Source: Nemertoderma westbladi (taxonomy: Eukaryota; Animalia; Xenacoelomorpha). From it: DNA of 34,709 bases. The stretch covers positions 1 to 34,709 of the forward strand of contig JAUCBJ010003534.1 in NCBI GenBank assembly GCA_032718475.1, given 5' to 3'. How positions within the stretch are numbered: the stretch's first letter is position 1; each line of letters begins with the position of its first letter. Positions 11,105 to 24,711 of the stretch are shown piece by piece. Below the pieces are notes generated by a model, which worked only from the letters and a program-made list of their open reading frames with translations, searched no databases and was not told the origin of the DNA. Both the position numbers and the translations under genes were made by a program.

Positions 11105-11110
11105 AATAAA
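11105..11110 (+). promoter_or_regulatory. Candidate polyadenylation signal of the receptor gene
   Basis: AATAAA about 130 nt after the stop codon, followed by T-rich sequence. Confidence 0.45.
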
Positions 11111-11411
11111 TTTTTTTATATTAAGTACAGTATAGCTATACTTACAATCAATATAATTCTGTACAAATGTAACATTTTCTTGCTTGAAAAGTAATAAGAC
11201 TGGAAGTATGTTTTAATTGGAATAGCTAGGATTTCAATGCAGGCCAGAAGGCTTACTTATATTTTGTGTAGCATTTTTCTTAAATTAATATATTATTGGT
11301 TTTTTGTTATTTAGTTACTTTAACATATTTATATGGTACCAAATGTTTCTCTCAGTATAATAATAATTAATCTAAGGAAAAGAATAACAAGCGCGAATAT
11401 CCTGAACTTCA

Positions 11412-11642
11412 TTGTCCCGCTAGAGGAGACTATCGATACCGTTCTAGCTAGTCTATACCCTCCCCCAGTTTCTGATATTTCCAGGTTCCGAGCATTCAAT
11501 GATCCACTAACTGAAACTGAAAGTTTAATAAAGGTTAATGGCCTTACTAAGCAACAGATGAGAACTCTGTTGCGTTTTGCCGTACATAACACTTTTTTTT
11601 TACCTTTGATGGGGTTTTATATAGTCAGTGTGATGGTGCGGC
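11412..11642 (+). pseudogene. Penelope-like element RT fragment, left part
   Basis: VPLEETID...GLTKQQMRTLLRFAVHNTFF, then after a T-run frameshift TFDGVLYSQCDGA. It stops just before the expected MGSP motif, at the LTR boundary. Confidence 0.8.
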
Positions 11643-12635
11643 TGTTCGCGCTTTCAGACCTTTGGCAGTTTAACCCGCCAAATTAGGATGTCTTCTAGAT
11701 AATAAATCGCTTTAGCCTCTGACAAATATTTGATTCACTACACTAGTTGAAACCAATCTGTGCGCGATCATTCACCCGTTGGATATACCCGGGAGATTGA
11801 CTTCGACGGCTTAATCGTATTGCTATGTAAGCCTAATGTATTATTCGACTGACAGTATTATATAATCTCTGACAATATTATTCACCTTCGGGGAATATTA
11901 ACAGTTCCTTTAGGACGTGGCGCTCTATCTATATAAACAGAGTTATGACTTAAACTACTCACAACGATATGGCTCAGTTATAATTCACATATATGTCGCA
12001 TTCTTTAGGAAATGCTTCTTTATCAGTTTCACTCATACACAATGCTGCACAATACTGCACACTAATCTGCCGATCTTCACTGATTTTAGTCACATATAAA
12101 AGGAACACAGACTGGCTCATGTAGGGTCTATCAAATAACATTAGATTCACTTCAAACCACTTTAACATAAGTCACAATCGTTATATGTAACCCTTCTCTC
12201 TTACCTTCGGTATATCAAGAATATTGGGTTTTCGGGGTTATTTCTCGTTATTCCAATATAATAATTCATCAACAAATATAATGAATAACCGACAGCAAAT
12301 CAGTAAAGTTAAGGTATAAATGATTTGGTATGGTATGCCGCATTTATGGATGTTATGCAGATAAAGGATATATGTCCTTATAATTAAGCCTACTAGTGTA
12401 AGGCTAAAGCATAAAAGCACAAAATACTCTAAAGCCGTTCTTCCTGGCTTAGAATCACCAACAACACTGATCAGAATAACTATAAGAATACCAGCTACCC
12501 TTATTCCACGAAGCTCCCGTTCAACACAGAGAAAGAGCAGTGAGATAGGAAAATTCAGTTCAGTAGCTCTGTGATAGGCAAGTACAAAAACAGGGCTATG
12601 ACGCAACATTCCTAGGCTGGTTGGCCGATTAAACG
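11643..12635 (-). repeat. Left (3') LTR, portion shared with the right copy
   Basis: Begins TGTTCGCG and matches 23119-24142. The true end is ambiguous: AACA at 12608, or ACA at 12783 followed by CCGCTCCC (GGGAGCGG PPT-like on minus). Confidence 0.9.
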
Positions 12636-15600
12636 GAGCCCAGATACCTTCGTACAGCTAATCAGCCAATAAGCTGGTAGCTTGCACTATTTTAGCTATA
12701 GATCCCCTTTAGAGTATTCTAGCGACCGGGGGGGAACTGGCCAGCAAGGCAAACGAACCAGTTATCCCACAAAAGCTTTTACACCGCTCCCAGAAAATGG
12801 GATTTAAGTCTATAAAATATACAAAATCACAGTTTCTAAAATATAAAAATACTCTAAACAGTTAGTCTTTCTTGCGCGGACGGCGTTTACGCAGTTTTTT
12901 TTTTTTTTTTTTAAAGCTAGCAAGAGTCTTTTTCTCTTTGGGGCGAGCCACTTTACAAGGAGGGCTATAACTCCTGGGTGAAGGGTGCAATATGATTGCA
13001 TCAGAAGGTTTGGGTTTACGGTCGGTGTCTCGTCCATTTCGATATGCTTCTCCTCGAGCTGATTTTCCTCCGCTTATCATGGGATACGTTCGTCCAAAAC
13101 TCTCGCAGAGAATAGGGTTTTCTAAGCTTGATATCTTCTTAGAGATTCGAGATTTCCCAATCGAACTGAGATAAGGCCAATTCGTTTATCGATTGGACTT
13201 ACTGTTATAACTTACGTTTATCTGAACAAACGCAGGTGTCCTTTTTGATCTTTATAGAATAGCGTTTAACTCGTTTCGTACAACGCTCTCCTTCACCTTG
13301 ATGAAGGGTTGTATCGCGTTAAACGGGGACGACCATACGGTTGGATAGTGATATTAGGTGTCCGCGTCACAATCCGGCTAAGTAAGATGGGCAGCTAGCT
13401 AGAAATCACTGTCGGAGTGTTACCGATTAATTGTTAGGGTAGCACTAGATCTTTGAACAGTGAATACAGTCCGCGAGGATCCGCGACACCACCAGGATCG
13501 CAGGTCTGAGGTCCAACTAAGGAATGAGGAGGTTTGACTGAGTATTCCGGGACTCTGATCGTAGGTTTACTCCAGGATCGTTCGAACCGAGTGAGCATAG
13601 GTGATACGTCAAACAAGTTTCGCTCGAAACTCCAGTAAATATAACGAGCACAACGGTGTTTAACACAACGTTTCCGTGGATGTTTATGTCTTTCCGTTTA
13701 TTGGCTGGGTCTAGGGCATTTATCGTAATAATACCAAAGACGCACGTCTGGTAGGGGAAACGCAGATGATATTTATTTGTTGTTACAATGATCAAGAATT
13801 CCAAATATATGTTGGAGTTACCGCGTTTATTTGTTTCTTTAATGTCTTTTCTTTCGAGTCGATTTCGAATAGGATTTTCGCATTAGAATTTTGGTTTATC
13901 GTTTCGACTCCTCTGGGTAGGATATGTTCGACATAGTCCGTATCGTGTAAATCGATAGAATGGCCAATGGTTAAGAAGTCCATATACATACCATTACAAT
14001 GCGTGTAGCGAGCGGTGAATTTTCCATAGTCCAATTCACGCGTAAGTTACTTCCAGGAAATCGTAGGTTCAATATAACGACCATCATCCTTCGTAGTAGT
14101 TGGACTAGTATCACCGCGTATCAAGCTATCAACCAACGTTTGAAAGTAGAGTATATCGCTCCCCGATACCAAGACCATCTTCGATCAACTCCGTCATATC
14201 TGCTATATATGAGTTTACTAATATTATAATGAGTTTATATTTAGGCTAGCGAGCGTCGCTGCCTACCCCAATCAGCCCCCGGACAGTGCGAGATCCTCAG
14301 CACCGATGTGTCGTCGCCGCTGTACTTTCGCCAACGACGTAGCCGCACAACGACAACGACAACCAGCACAAGTCACTCGACTGTCCGTCCCAAAGGCTTA
14401 GATACACCTCAGGTTCTTACTGGAGAGTTAGGGTTACTTTCACAATTGCGACTCGCTACTGTAAACACACCTTAGTAGTAACATTCGCCTATAAACTCAC
14501 AAATACCACACACACAACTTGTCACAAATTACACACACTCGGGTCACTGATCCGTTAGTCAATGCCTTCCAGAATGTCACTGTATTATTATGTATCCTTG
14601 GATACTATCAGTGCACTATTTATTCCCTATGCTATTCAATAGGACAAGCTTTCTATTGTTCTTTTAACTCAATTCTAATGCTAGCGTGGTTGTTGCTATG
14701 GTGACATTATGTAAAGCTAGCGGTAGAATTAGGGTAATTCCAATGCATACAGATCTGGGATGTTATTTAATAGTAATTCTTTAATAGTCAATGTCCTGTT
14801 TTATACATGACTTTACGAATTTTATCGGCTATTGACTATGTTTGGGAGACTTTCATGCACGCATACGCATAATAATATAAATCTCCGCTCCCCTGATCTA
14901 TTAATTAATGGAATTTTGGGAATGTTATAAATTGCGTAAAATGGCAATAATTTATTAAATTCATTAAAAGTCATGAATTTAAATTTATTCCCTGAAATTT
15001 TATTATTTGATAATTAAATGGGCATATTTTGATTCTAGAACATGTCTAGGGACACAAGATCCTTAATTCTAAGAAAATTGTCTCTTTAAGAATATCGGTA
15101 AATGCTACGATATCTTAATTGACTAGAATTGTTGTGAAGGATCTGAATTTTACAGATTTTGACTTATTAGATTTGCAAATATTAACTAATTAATATTTGA
15201 GATGGGCACCGATTTATTCCAGAACTTGTCTGGGGACGTTAACCACTGATTCTATAATTTGTCTTTCAAGTATATCGGTGGGTGCCACGATATCTTAATC
15301 GACTAGAATTACAGATGGTCAAAGGGTTTAACAGATTTATTTTGCGTTATACGCTACTGTTAAAGGGACATCACGCTACTATATGTATTATTTAATATAC
15401 GGTATGAGAGCAATATCGCACGAAGCAATGTCAGTGTGAAGAGGCAAGTCGTTTCCAAGGTCTACCCAGAGCTTGGTTTAGCCGAGACACGAGGATCTGA
15501 ACTTTGCATTCCTAATACTCTGCCTACCAATAATACTTTAATATAGTAGTGGCTTTATTGTACTTTAATAAGTACGGACATTTCATCTTACTGTAGTTAC

Positions 15601-15856
15601 GTATTTATAATATAATACGGACAGTAAGGAAAGAGAAAAAATAGTTATTTCTTCGCCGTCGCACTAAATATAATATAAGTAATTACGTACGTAATAAACA
15701 CGAATATATTGCACTATTCTACTAAATAATCGCTAAATAATATTCTACTAAATTAAATAAAACGATTATAATAAAATTACATAGTAATACATACATAAAT
15801 ATAAAAATAATAAAATAATATAAAATAATAGAGTCACACACCCACTCCATATGTTG

Positions 15857-18800
15857 TTACGTTATGGAGTCCCTAGATGTTTGAAGGATTAGGGAGGTGG
15901 TCGTGGGAAGAGAATCTTGCCTTCCACAGTTTCCGGAGAGTCCTCCATTCCCTTCCGGTAAACACAAACGACCGACTGGGTGATTGAGTCGCTGCATCCC
16001 GAATACAATTCCAGGTTTCCTCTTCGTCCTGGAATAGTGACGATAGAAACATCGCTCTAAGTACACGACGGCCTTACAAAGCCGATTCCAGGAGCTATAG
16101 TGGTCCGTCGCTCCCTGCAGGAGAGGTGAGAGTCCCTGCGAGACGTCTGATGTTCCAGAGCTCCAATCGCTCTCTCTGATCTTCATGAAGGATCCACTCG
16201 CGGTGGGGAGGTCCAGATCCACGGCGTCGTCCCTGGCAATATGTAATACCGACAGATCTATCCCGGGTTCAAATAACTCCGATCCACCCGTCCGGGTTTT
16301 AGGTTTGACTTTCTCCGCTCCCTTGGCTGGTCTAATCTCAGTCGGAGTAAGATGGGGAGGCCATTCATCCTCCTTATTCAGGAAGTCGGGTTCACCTAGC
16401 CGGTCTGGAGTATCTGTCAGTTCTTGAGGAGTTGCTCCTCCGGAAGCGATGTCGGCTATATTCATCGTCTTGGGGCAATATCTCCATTGATCTACATTGG
16501 AGTTAAGATTGTCATTATCTGAGGAGTGTGGTGTTCCCTCAGTTGGGTCGTCTCCCTCACTAGTATCATCTTCCCATTCACTCACCTGGCAGACGCGATC
16601 TTGAAGCAGTCTTTCCCTGAGCGTTCTACGGGAAGGTCCAGTAAGGTACCAACCTACTCTAGTTCTTACCGCATAGGTCTGTAGTGGCTGCGGTTGAGCA
16701 GGTCGTTTCTCTAATGTCTCCAGCGCCTCATGCGCGTTTTGGCCGATGAGTATTTGCACTCCAGGATAATCAGTCTGGAATCGAGGTATGTTAAGATGTT
16801 GGATGCTCTCATCCTCGTCCCAATTATAAAGGTCTGCTTGAGTAGTAGCGAAGTTCTTTATAGCCACCATTTTCACTGACCTTATACTGTATTCTCCTAG
16901 TTTATCCTGTGGAGTGGACAACTCACCTATATAATAGTCGGCAGCTACAGTAGAATTCCAAACCTGCATGATCCCTGACATGTTTAGCTTGGTTCGGAAC
17001 TTGGGTTGTCCAGCAAAGATGACTTCGGCTAGTTCTTTATCGATGAATGTTCCTGTGCTACCGGAGTCCAGGAGGGCGTTCACTATATAGCTCTTCTGAG
17101 GTCCGTGGACCCGTAACTGGACTACAGGAAATTCTCGGATTCCTATATTGGAAGTTGGCGCTTTCCAAGATGGTTGTTGATCGGAAGTAGTTAAGGTAAG
17201 GTCGCTGTCTGTGTCTTTCTCATACACGAGTGCTCGATACACTGCGGTGGTGTTTATTAGGTAACAGGATTCGTTTTGGTCGGAGAACTCGTCCGTATAG
17301 AATCCTTCCATCTCAGATTGATCAGTGTCGTTCACATCACTGAATTGGACATGTAGTTCGGACTCACTTACCTGACTCGGGCTGTTTCGTTCGAATTCCG
17401 TGTGCAACAAGATATGATGTTTTGCGCCGCACTTTGCACACCTTGCGTCGGAGTTACAGGTTCGCCGTTGGTGTCCTCGTCTGAGGCAATTATAACACAA
17501 CCGCTTATCCCACATGACTTCACGTCTATCCTTTAGTGATTTCCTCAGGAATTTATCACACGCATTTAAACGGTGGGGCCCGTCGCACAGCACACATTTG
17601 GGCTTGATGTTACTTACTTTAACATGTGCTGTGTGGTGCACACTTGTTCTTTCCTCGGGCTTTCTCACCTGAATTCTTTTAGGAGACGTAGGAGGGGTTT
17701 TTTGTACCGGTTCCCTTCTGTCATTGGGTCGAGACTTGGATTTACTTACCTGATCTTTAGGCATTTTATTGACATAAGATCTGTCAGTGTCTTTCCCGCT
17801 GTCCTCTCCTTGAGAAGTTTGGCTTTCACCGTCGTCGGTATAACATACTGGTGTTACCCTTCTCCTAGAAACGGGTTTCTCACTTACCTTACTTTCCGCT
17901 GTCTTCTCTCTGGACTGCTTTATGAGCTGTAATTTCACCTCGCTATCCAGGAATGACATGAGATCAGCCATGGTAGGGTCTCGTTGTTGTTGTTCCATCA
18001 TATATAACACCTTCTTGTCCCAGCGTGTACCTACTCCACCCTTGGGCAAAGTAGATGCTAAGGCTCCTACAACCATAGAATTCTGGTATTCATGAGACTT
18101 ACCTAACCAATCTAGTTGTCTACAGATCTCCTGAATCTCATCGGAAAACTCTATAATCCCGCTGCTAAGAAACTTTCGGGGCGCCATTAATTTCGCATAT
18201 AAATACCTAGCTATGTTAGTCCTATTACCATACCTGATGTTTAGTGTATCCCAAACTTGTCTTAATCCATCTGGATGTCCAATAAATTTTAACGCCATTG
18301 ACTTGGGAGGTCCTTCCAAACATTCGATGAGGAATCTAAGTTTCTCTCCGTTAGATAGTACAGAGTTCTGTATGTTATCTTTATAATATTCATTAAAAGG
18401 TAACCATTTCATCTCATCTCCATTGAACTTGACGATCTCTCCCACCTTTACCGCTTGCCGGGCTTCGGTTCTAGCCATTTGACGCGTAAAACTTTCTTGG
18501 GCCATCGTGTTATTTAATATCGAGTTATCGGTATATAAATTTCTCGGATTATGATCAGTTCTATAGGGAATGTCATTATCAACAGGTATATAATTACCCT
18601 TAATAGGGTTCACTATAGGAGTTTCTACTTCGCTAGCAGTATAGATGCGTGTAGGCTCCACACCTTGCACATGCGATACTTCAGACCTAACAGGTTGACA
18701 CATTGTTACAGAGGGTGGTGGTATACCCTTTTGGGTATTTACTAATTTATCGCGTTCTAGCGCGATACTTTGCTGCACTTCTTGCAACTCTAGCCTACTT

Positions 18801-20863
18801 TCCCTTACTGTGCCCTTAAATTGCTGAACAGTCTCCTGCATCTGCCCGAGCAGGAGATCCATCCCCCGCCGTCTCTCGTCCACCCATTCGACCGCCGAAG
18901 CGGGAGTCGCCAACGTTGTAGCGGGCGGACGAGGGACAACGGGCGACAAATCAGGAATATTTCGCTCGGGGTCCAGAACCTGAACTGTCTCCTGGGCAGT
19001 TCTACGGGGCACAGGTAGCTTAGTGCTATGCAGAGGGAATTTAGAGGTAGTTTCAGGGAGCACAGGTGTGTCTATCACCGAAGGGGTGATTTCAAGAACA
19101 GGCCTAATTATTTCAGGCTCATCTACTATAGTAGGGAGTCTTTCTATTTTAATTATTTGGTCTGTGAGTTCTGTACTACCTAAGTTGGTGTTATTTAGTT
19201 GCCTTCTAACAGCTGGAGGCAAATCAGGCAATTTCTGACGGTGGAATGTTCTTTTACGTCTACTTAGACGAGATCTATTTCCCTTGCCTTCAGTATCGGT
19301 GGTATCGCCTTCCTCAGATGATGTATATCCCTGTCTTTTGGGAGTAGATCGATTCATCATCTGCATATTACTAGCTGTTAACTGTTTATTTATGCAGTCT
19401 TGATTCTCCTGAATGTTTTCCAATTCTAATTGGGTGGTTTCTTCAGTCGCTCTCCGTTCGGCTTCTGCCACTGCCTCCGCCGCTTATCTTTCCGCTTCGG
19501 CCACCGCCTCTGCTGCCGCTACTGCCGCTTTTGCCTCTGCCGCTGCCACTGCCGCTGCCGCTTTTGTTTCTGCTTCGGCCGCTGCCTTTGCTGCTGCTAC
19601 TGCCGCTTTTGCCTCTGCCGCTGCCACTGCCGCTGCCGCTTTTGTTTCTGCTTCTGCAGCTGCCACTGCTGCTGCTACTGCCGCTGCCTTTCTGTCTTCT
19701 ATACGTTTTTTCTTTACTTGTTCTTCCTGGACTCGTGTGATGCGGAGTTGTTCATCAAATTTAGCCTGATTCGCAGCCCTCATTTCCACATCGATGGCAT
19801 CTAACACAAGCTTGGTTCCTTCACTATTAGGGCTAAGTCCCTCTAACCTTCTTCTCAACTCGTCATCACCTAAAAAACGTTGATAGTCTGACAGATAAAT
19901 GTCAATGGCATCCCTCTTATGCGGTTTCTCTGCCGTCGCTTCACTTTCCACTTGGGAAAAAGTAGCGTCTGTTGATTCTCCATGGGTTGATCGCTCCTCC
20001 AGCTGAGCTTTCCACTGAGCTGTTCCTTGAACCTGGAGACTCACCCGTTGAAACCAAGTCTTTACGGCAACTTGCAACGACGTGTCTTGTCTTCGTTTAG
20101 AAGCCTCCTCAAAGGCTGATAAGATTAGCCTGATTCGCAGAATTCTTTCTCTAACTTGATAAAGCAGTTGTCCCTGCTCTTGAGGTCCTTGTGGTTGTTG
20201 AAACAGTTGTCCTTTTACTCGCTCCATAGAGCTGAAGAATCCCTGTGCGTACCCGGCTGCGGACCTCTTCCATACAGCTGGATCGATGGTTTCCTTGGCT
20301 ACTCCCATCCGGTGTATGTCTTCCCAGGCAGCTTCTGATAAATCAAACGGGAGTCCGGGTCCGGGGAAGTTCCATTGCGACTCGACAATAGACTTCAGTT
20401 CTTCACTCGTGTATCCCGCATAATTATCTCTAGTTGATCACTGACTTCTCGCCCAATCGATCTGGTGTTCTTCCACCGCAATCAATAATCTAGTGAGTAC
20501 GGCTGCAGGAAGGATGAGAAGGGGATCCGAATAAACCGCATCCATCATCTTTGCTCCGCGTTCTGGTGTCAGTTCTACAGTATCCTCACTACTGGAGCTG
20601 TTGGGCCGTTGAGAAGTAAGTTCTTGGCTCGCGGGTTGTTGCTGTTCTGCTGCTTCTTGGTCCCGCTTGACCTGAGCTCGAGTGCCTATGATAGACCTAC
20701 GATGTTGGACCAGCCTAGGTTCTTTTATTACTACTGGAGGGATGACCTTCCTCACAGTGGGAGGTGAACTGAACTTACGACTAGACGGTTCTACGCCTCT
20801 ATCTGAGTCGCAGATAGTTACATCTAATAAACTGTCTGACAGGTTCTGCTTAGTATCAGACAT
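15857..20863 (-). pseudogene. BEL/Pao Gag-protease polyprotein with RT and most of RNase H deleted in frame; no integrase
   Basis: Gag VKFNGDEMKWLPF...LNIRYGN; triple knuckle CVLCDGPHRLNAC / CYNCLRRGHQRRTC / CAKCGAKHHILLH; protease LLDSGSTGTFI; VRTRVGWYLTGP; then directly QWRYCPKTMNIADIASGG and YSSWNRL. Frameshift near 20440-20490, one in-frame TAA at 19484, and 1204 codons open from 19471. Confidence 0.9.
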
Positions 20864-22185
20864 GTTTAGGTGTACAGTTGAATGCCTACTGCTGTATTAC
20901 AGTCTGAGCAAGTCTAGTAACTCAGTATTAACTGCTAGCCTAGTAATTAATTACCGGTACTGCTACTCAGTGTAGCGTGATATATATAATATATTAGAAT
21001 ACCGGTATGCTTATAGTATATATAACTATTATTACAGATTAGGTTTATCACCGAATACCGGTATAATTTTAGCACAAATATATATAAATATATAATAGGC
21101 CTATCGGGAATACCGGTATACAGCTTACAGTTTTGTAGTATATAATTATAATTCTGGACTAGAATTAATTATAAAGTACCGGTATAATTTCAGCCTAAAT
21201 TTATAGAAATAAAGATAATAGGCCTATCGTAAATACCGGTATATCAATTATTTTAAATAATTGAATTTCTGAATTTTTGGGTTACTTGGTTACTTTACTT
21301 ACTTTATTACCGTTATTTGAGCAGTAATCCAACTGATATTGAGACCTAATGGTTGTATGGTAGGCCTACGATTTATAAATCGTTAGATTTGATTTATAAT
21401 ATATATATACCCGTTTTAATGGGTTTGTCAATATTTGAAATAAATGTTATTATTTCTGGGGAGTAATCACTACACAAAGCGGTGCGCTTTCAGTGAAGTG
21501 TTACTTATAGGACACTAAAACAAATAATGCTAATTTACCTAAGTTACTTAATACTACAAATTACGTACAATTCGGGTGAGATTACGATCTCTAAATAAAC
21601 ACAAAAATTTACAAAAAACACAAAATACGAATTTTTAGGGTAATTTTACAAGAAGTCTACAAACCAGCCTAACAAAGGGTTAGAAATCTGGTTATTACAA
21701 CGGACAGGGTACTACGGTATTTGAAATAATAAGTAGTAGTAAATACACTGCGTTGTCCAGATAGGAAAATACCACCGCCTGACGACCTATAGCTGTATCG
21801 CTATAGGTTCTACGTTATGTATCACGGAGTGTTCCTACCTAGAAGTTAATAGAGCTAATCGAACGTGCCTATCAACCACTTTACAACACAAATATAATGC
21901 CTACACTAATTACTTTCGGAAAGCACTGTACACTAAACCCTAAATTAGGTACGAGTACTTGTACAACAGATAATCAGTAGTTAAATATACTTGAACAGCT
22001 AAAAGAACCACGGCATCTGCTGGAGTGACCGGTGCACAAAATCACCAGTCTTTACCTACGCCAAGCAGCCCGTGTAGTACCGGGGTTAATTTAACCATAA
22101 CGGTATGTATAACAAACACAATTACTGTAGGAACAAACTTGGGGAATATGAATGTTGCAAATAATCGCATAAACTCTGAATAATA

Positions 22186-23070
22186 AATATTACGCTACGC
22201 GTACAAACTACCAAACAAAATGCAGACCAAATGCCGACAGACTACTATCAAGCCTAAACAAACTACGGTATATGCAGACTCCGAAATGATTAGGCAGTAT
22301 GCGTTCTAACCCAGTAGTACGACTTATTCTTTAATTGGGGGTTTACCTTACAGCATTTGCTGCCCCTACTTCCTAACCGTACTTAATCAGACAGAGGCTC
22401 TACGCACACTACAATCCGTTCAGACCTAATAACAGCCAGACAACTATCCAGCCTACAAATTATCTAAATAAATATTATACGCTACCTGTACGGACTTACA
22501 CAAACAAAGTACAGACTAAACGATGGCAGACTACTCTCAAGCCTAAATAAACTACAGGACATGCAGACTCCAAAATGATTAGGCAGTATGCGTTCTAACC
22601 CAGTAGTACGACTTATTCTTTAATTGGGGGTTTACCTTACAGCATCTGCTGCCCCTACTTCCTAACCGTACTTAATCGGACAGGTGCTCTACACACACTG
22701 TAATCCGTTCAGACCTAACAGCAATCAGACAACAGCTCAGCCTACAAATTGTCTGTACAATCTGATCAGGTTTACACGCCTTCTGTTCAATACTGGCCTA
22801 CTAACAAATAAAACTGACAGAAATAAGTAAGCTCTAAAAGAAACAAGGGGTGTACAGTCCCTAATCTCTTAAACAGCCTACCGGTATACAACAATCAAGT
22901 CGAATAATACTAATGTACTTATACGGAAGTACCGGTTAGGACAGTTGGGCCTACGGACCTACAGAAGTACCGGTTCTGGCAGTTGGACCTACGGGCCTAC
23001 GGCAGTACCGGTTCTGGCAGTTGGGCCTACTGACCTACAGATGTACCGTTCAGGTTTACCGGTTGACCGG
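22186..23070. repeat. Tandem repeats in the element's 5' leader
   Basis: Two ~288-bp copies at 22186-22750 and about three ~38-bp copies of AGTACCGGTT.TGGCAGTTGGGCCTAC at 22929-23040. Confidence 0.85.
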
Positions 23071-23118
23071 TACTTTCAACTTTATTGCTTACTGCAATAA
23101 AGAAGCTATATCCGTTAT

Positions 23119-24142
23119 TGTTCGCGCTTTCAGACCTTTGGCAGTTTAACCCGCCAAATTAGGATGTCTTCTAGATAATAAATCGCTTTAGCCTCTGACA
23201 AGTATTTGATTCACTACACTAGTTGAAACCAATCTGTGCGCGATCATTCACCCGTTGGATATACCCGGGAGATTGACTTCGACGGCTTAATCGTATTGCT
23301 ATGTAAGCCTAATGTATTATTCGACTGACAGTATTATATAATCTCTGACAATATTATTCACCTTCGGGGAATATTAACAGTTCCTTTAGGACGTGGCGCT
23401 CTATCTATATAAACAGAGTTATGACTTAAACTACTCACAACGATATGGCTCAGTTATAATTCACATATATGTCGCATTCTTTAGGAAATGCTTCTTTATC
23501 AGTTTCACTCATACACAATGCTGCACAATACTGCACACTAATCTGCCGATCTTCACTGATTTTAGTCACATATAAAAGGAACACAGCCTGGCTCATGTAG
23601 GGTCTATCAAATAACATTAGATTCACTTCAAACCACTTTAACATAAGTCACAATCGTTATATGTAACCCTTCTCTCTTACCTTCGGTATATCAAGAATAT
23701 TGGGTTTTCGGGGTTATTTCTCGTTATTCCAATATAATAATTCATCAACAAATATAATGAATAACCGACAGCAAATCAGTAAAGTTAAGGTATAAATGAT
23801 TTGGTATGGTATGCCGCATTTATGGATGTTATGCAGATAAAGGATATATATCCTTATAATTAAGCCTACTAGTGTAAGGCTAAAGCATAAAAGCACAAAA
23901 TACTCTAAAGCCGTTCTTCCTGGCTTAGAATCACCAACAACACTGATCAGAATAACTATAAGAATACCAGCTACCCTTATTCCACGAAGCTCCCGTTCAA
24001 CACAGAGAAAGAGCAGTGAGATAGGAAAATTCAGTTCAGTAGCTCTGTGATAGGTCAAAATCAAAGCTAACTCAAATTCTATTGGCAAGTACAAAAACAG
24101 GGCTATGACGCAACATTCCTAGGCTGGTTGGCCGATTAAACG
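23119..24142 (-). repeat. Right (5') LTR, probably truncated on the right
   Basis: By eye it differs from the left copy by three substitutions and a 31-bp extra segment (24055-24085). Confidence 0.9.
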
Positions 24143-24647
24143 ATTTATAGTTTTCGACAATATTGAACAATCTAAACAATTTTTGGCCTATCTTAACAAG
24201 CAACACCCAAACATTACTTTTACTTCTGAGACCGAAACTAACAGTTCTTTATCGTTTTTGGATATTAGAGTGACGCAAGGAAGTGATTTTGGGTTTTCCA
24301 CTTACATTTATAGGAAACCAACATTTACTGGTTTGTATACAAGTTATTTTTCCTTTATCCCCTTCCGTTATAAATTCGGGCTTATTTATACATTAATTTC
24401 TAGAATTTTCCATATTTCTTCTAGTTACACTGTCTTTGTTAAAGAACTAACAGACCTATATGATATTTTGAGACGAAATGGGTATCCAAAGAAACGGTTG
24501 AATGACGTCACCAGGTTATTTTTATCTCGTGTTCAAAGGCCTCGCCCAGTCCCAGACCCAACAGTTGGGAAGAAGTGTGTGAATTTAGTACTTCCGTTCT
24601 CGGGGGAACATAGTTACCTTATTAGAAATAATCGTATAATAAAATAA
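24143..24647 (+). pseudogene. Penelope-like element RT fragment, right part (post-catalytic motifs and thumb)
   Basis: FIVFDNIEQSKQFLAYLNKQHPNITFTSE...LSFLDI...IYRKPTFTGLY...LRRNGYP. Confidence 0.88.
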
Positions 24648-24711
24648 AAACTTCTGGGGTCTTTCCTCCGATTATATTATAATTAAGTTAATTCAGTATT
24701 TAATGCATTTA

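Larger units (their letters stand above)
11643..24142 (-). mobile_element. Non-autonomous BEL/Pao LTR retrotransposon (~12.5 kb) inserted in the Penelope-like RT
   Basis: ~1-kb direct repeats at both ends and a minus-strand BEL gag-protease inside. Penelope RT lies on both flanks. No TSD is visible because the right junction appears deleted. Confidence 0.9.

Noticed and set aside
11917-12609. Short ORFs in the LTRs, including a hydrophobic 123/126-aa ORF
   Set aside because: They are duplicated only because the LTR is duplicated, show no recognisable motif, and the 31-bp indel changes the start.
13000-14100. Idea that TAA/TAG are reassigned because many in-frame TAA stops occur here
   Set aside because: The host gene ends in TAA and the long ORFs contain no internal TAA; ordinary decay explains the stops.
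19413-19804. Plus-strand Ala-, Cys/Arg- and Leu/Pro-rich ORFs
   Set aside because: These are antisense readings of the Ala-rich Gag repeat.
23095-23118. tRNA primer-binding site next to the 5' LTR
   Set aside because: No TGG-starting tRNA-complementary sequence is recognisable, so it was not annotated.
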